This document shows positions 62,773 to 64,000 of a stretch of DNA of 64,000 nucleotides, in pieces. Position 1 is the stretch's first letter. Each line of letters starts with the position of its first letter. Position numbers and translations under genes: made by a program. The notes under the pieces are model-generated. The model made no database searches and was not told the origin of the DNA. It saw only the letters and a list, made by a program, of their open reading frames with translations. This DNA comes from Nitrosopumilus sp. (GTDB lineage Archaea; Thermoproteota; Nitrososphaeria; Nitrososphaerales; Nitrosopumilaceae): NCBI GenBank assembly GCA_965219345.1, contig OZ244732.1, positions 1-64,000 on the forward strand, read 5' to 3'.

Positions 62773-62985
62773 TTGATTTACAAAGTTAAAGTAGAATTTT
62801 CTAAAGAATTTCTAGAAATAAAAGACAATCAAATTAACATTGGAATAAAATCAAAACCAGTCAAGGGATAGGCCAATAAAGAAATCATCAAAAAACTAGC
62901 AAAACATTTTGGATTATTAACTGTGCTTGTTCAGATAAAATCAGGTCACAAATCTAGCGAGAAGATTATAGAAATTCTACAATAA
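62773..62985 (+). pseudogene. DUF167/YggU-family protein with in-frame TAG
   Basis: ...IKSKPVKG*ANKEIIKKLAKHFG...IKSGHKSSEKIIEI; TAG at 62869-62871. Confidence 0.8.
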
Positions 62986-63030
62986 AGAATCTGGTTTTTT
63001 GTTTAAATAGGGTTTCAAGATTGGAAAAAC

Positions 63031-63705
63031 ATGTCTGAAGATAATGATCAATACTATTTCAATTTCTCGTTTTTCAAAGTGGATCCTAAATGGAGATGGA
63101 TGGCAGACCTGGCAAAAGAAGAATCTGCAAAAGAAGTAGAAATTATAATTCAAAATTCTGGAATAATGTTTAGATCATATTCAAATCTAGGATTGAGAGA
63201 TGATGCTGATTTTTTGTTGTGGTTTGCTGCAAAGACAGTTGAGGAAATTCAAATAGTTATTGAAAAATTATACAAAACAGTATTTGGAAAATACATAATT
63301 CCATCTATGACATATTTGTCATGTACACGACCATCAATTTATGTACAAGAACAAAAAGCACATGGATTCATTACAGGAGATAATCCAAAAAAACACGTAA
63401 TTATTTATCCGTTCACAAAGACAAGAGAATGGTATCTTTTACCAAAAGAAAAACGCCAAGAAATAATGGATGAACATATTGAGGTTAGTAAAAAATATCC
63501 ACAAGTTGTACTTAACACTACATACTCTTTTGGAATTCACGATGAGGACTTTATGTTAGCGTTTGAGGTAGATGATATTCGAGATTTTCAAGATCTCATT
63601 ATGGATTTGAGAGAAACACAAGTCTCAACGTATGTCAAAAATGATATTCCAATGATTGTGTGCGTCAAAAAAGATATTGTTCCTTTAATATCAAGCCTAG
63701 GTTAG
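63031..63705 (+). CDS. Chlorite dismutase / coproheme decarboxylase family protein
   Basis: GLRDDADFLLW, YPFTKTREWYLL, MDEHI, YSFGIHDEDF. Confidence 0.88.
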   Translation: MSEDNDQYYFNFSFFKVDPKWRWMADLAKEESAKEVEIIIQNSGIMFRSYSNLGLRDDADFLLWFAAKTVEEIQIVIEKLYKTVFGKYIIPSMTYLSCTRPSIYVQEQKAHGFITGDNPKKHVIIYPFTKTREWYLLPKEKRQEIMDEHIEVSKKYPQVVLNTTYSFGIHDEDFMLAFEVDDIRDFQDLIMDLRETQVSTYVKNDIPMIVCVKKDIVPLISSLG

Positions 63706-63802
63706 ATTAATTTCAAAACATTTTCCTTATAAAATCTAAATATCAACGATACAAATCTTGGATAAACATAAATGATGAAATTTAAAATTGAAAAACAGAA
63801 AA

Positions 63803-64000
63803 ATGAATTACAATAAACTAGGAAAAACAGACATCAAAGTATCAGAATTAGGATTTGGTGCATGGGCTATCGCGCTTGATTGGTGGGGCAAGAAGATTGA
63901 AGAAGATGAGGCAAAAAGAATGCTCAAAAAAGCATACGATTTAGGAATCAATTTCTTTGAGACAGGAGACATGTACGGTAAAGGAAAGAGTGAGAGATTG
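63803..64000 (+). CDS. Aldo/keto reductase, N-terminal part (runs off window)
   Basis: LGKTDIKVSELGFGAW...GINFFETGDMYGKGKSE. Confidence 0.9.
   Translation, partial: MNYNKLGKTDIKVSELGFGAWAIALDWWGKKIEEDEAKRMLKKAYDLGINFFETGDMYGKGKSERL

Noticed and set aside
44794-62871. Amber recoding or pyrrolysine as the explanation for in-frame TAGs
   Set aside because: TAG is the normal stop of several intact genes here (ferritin, aIF-1A, YkgJ), and no pyl genes are seen. Point mutation is simpler.

Overview
AT-rich archaeal chromosome segment whose gene content and protein motifs point to an ammonia-oxidising Nitrosopumilaceae (Nitrososphaerota/Thaumarchaeota). The core part carries class I lysS, ferritin, an NRAMP-type transporter, the futalosine-pathway genes (UbiD-family decarboxylase, mqnC), a complete archaeal shikimate/aromatic amino acid operon, thiC/thiDN, translation and SRP genes, scpAB, TFB and sufC. 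It also carries tRNA-Arg(GCG), an intron-containing tRNA-Tyr(GTA), and an unannotated C/D box sRNA whose D guide is positioned to methylate C34 of a CAU-anticodon tRNA. Two accessory islands (about 33.5-37.8 kb and 45.2-57.3 kb) hold giant modular secreted proteases (S1-type and M12B-type), each preceded by a partner gene carrying a shared two-cysteine module. Both islands are being disrupted by GC-rich mobile elements (2 IS481, 1 decayed IS5, 3 MITEs). The most unusual signal is two unrelated loci with 36-37 bp direct repeats around a 37-36 bp unique insert, both with a period of exactly 73 bp, which resembles ectopic CRISPR spacer integration. A ureD deletion scar and several pseudogenes indicate ongoing genome erosion. 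All calls come from reading the sequence; no database searches were run.
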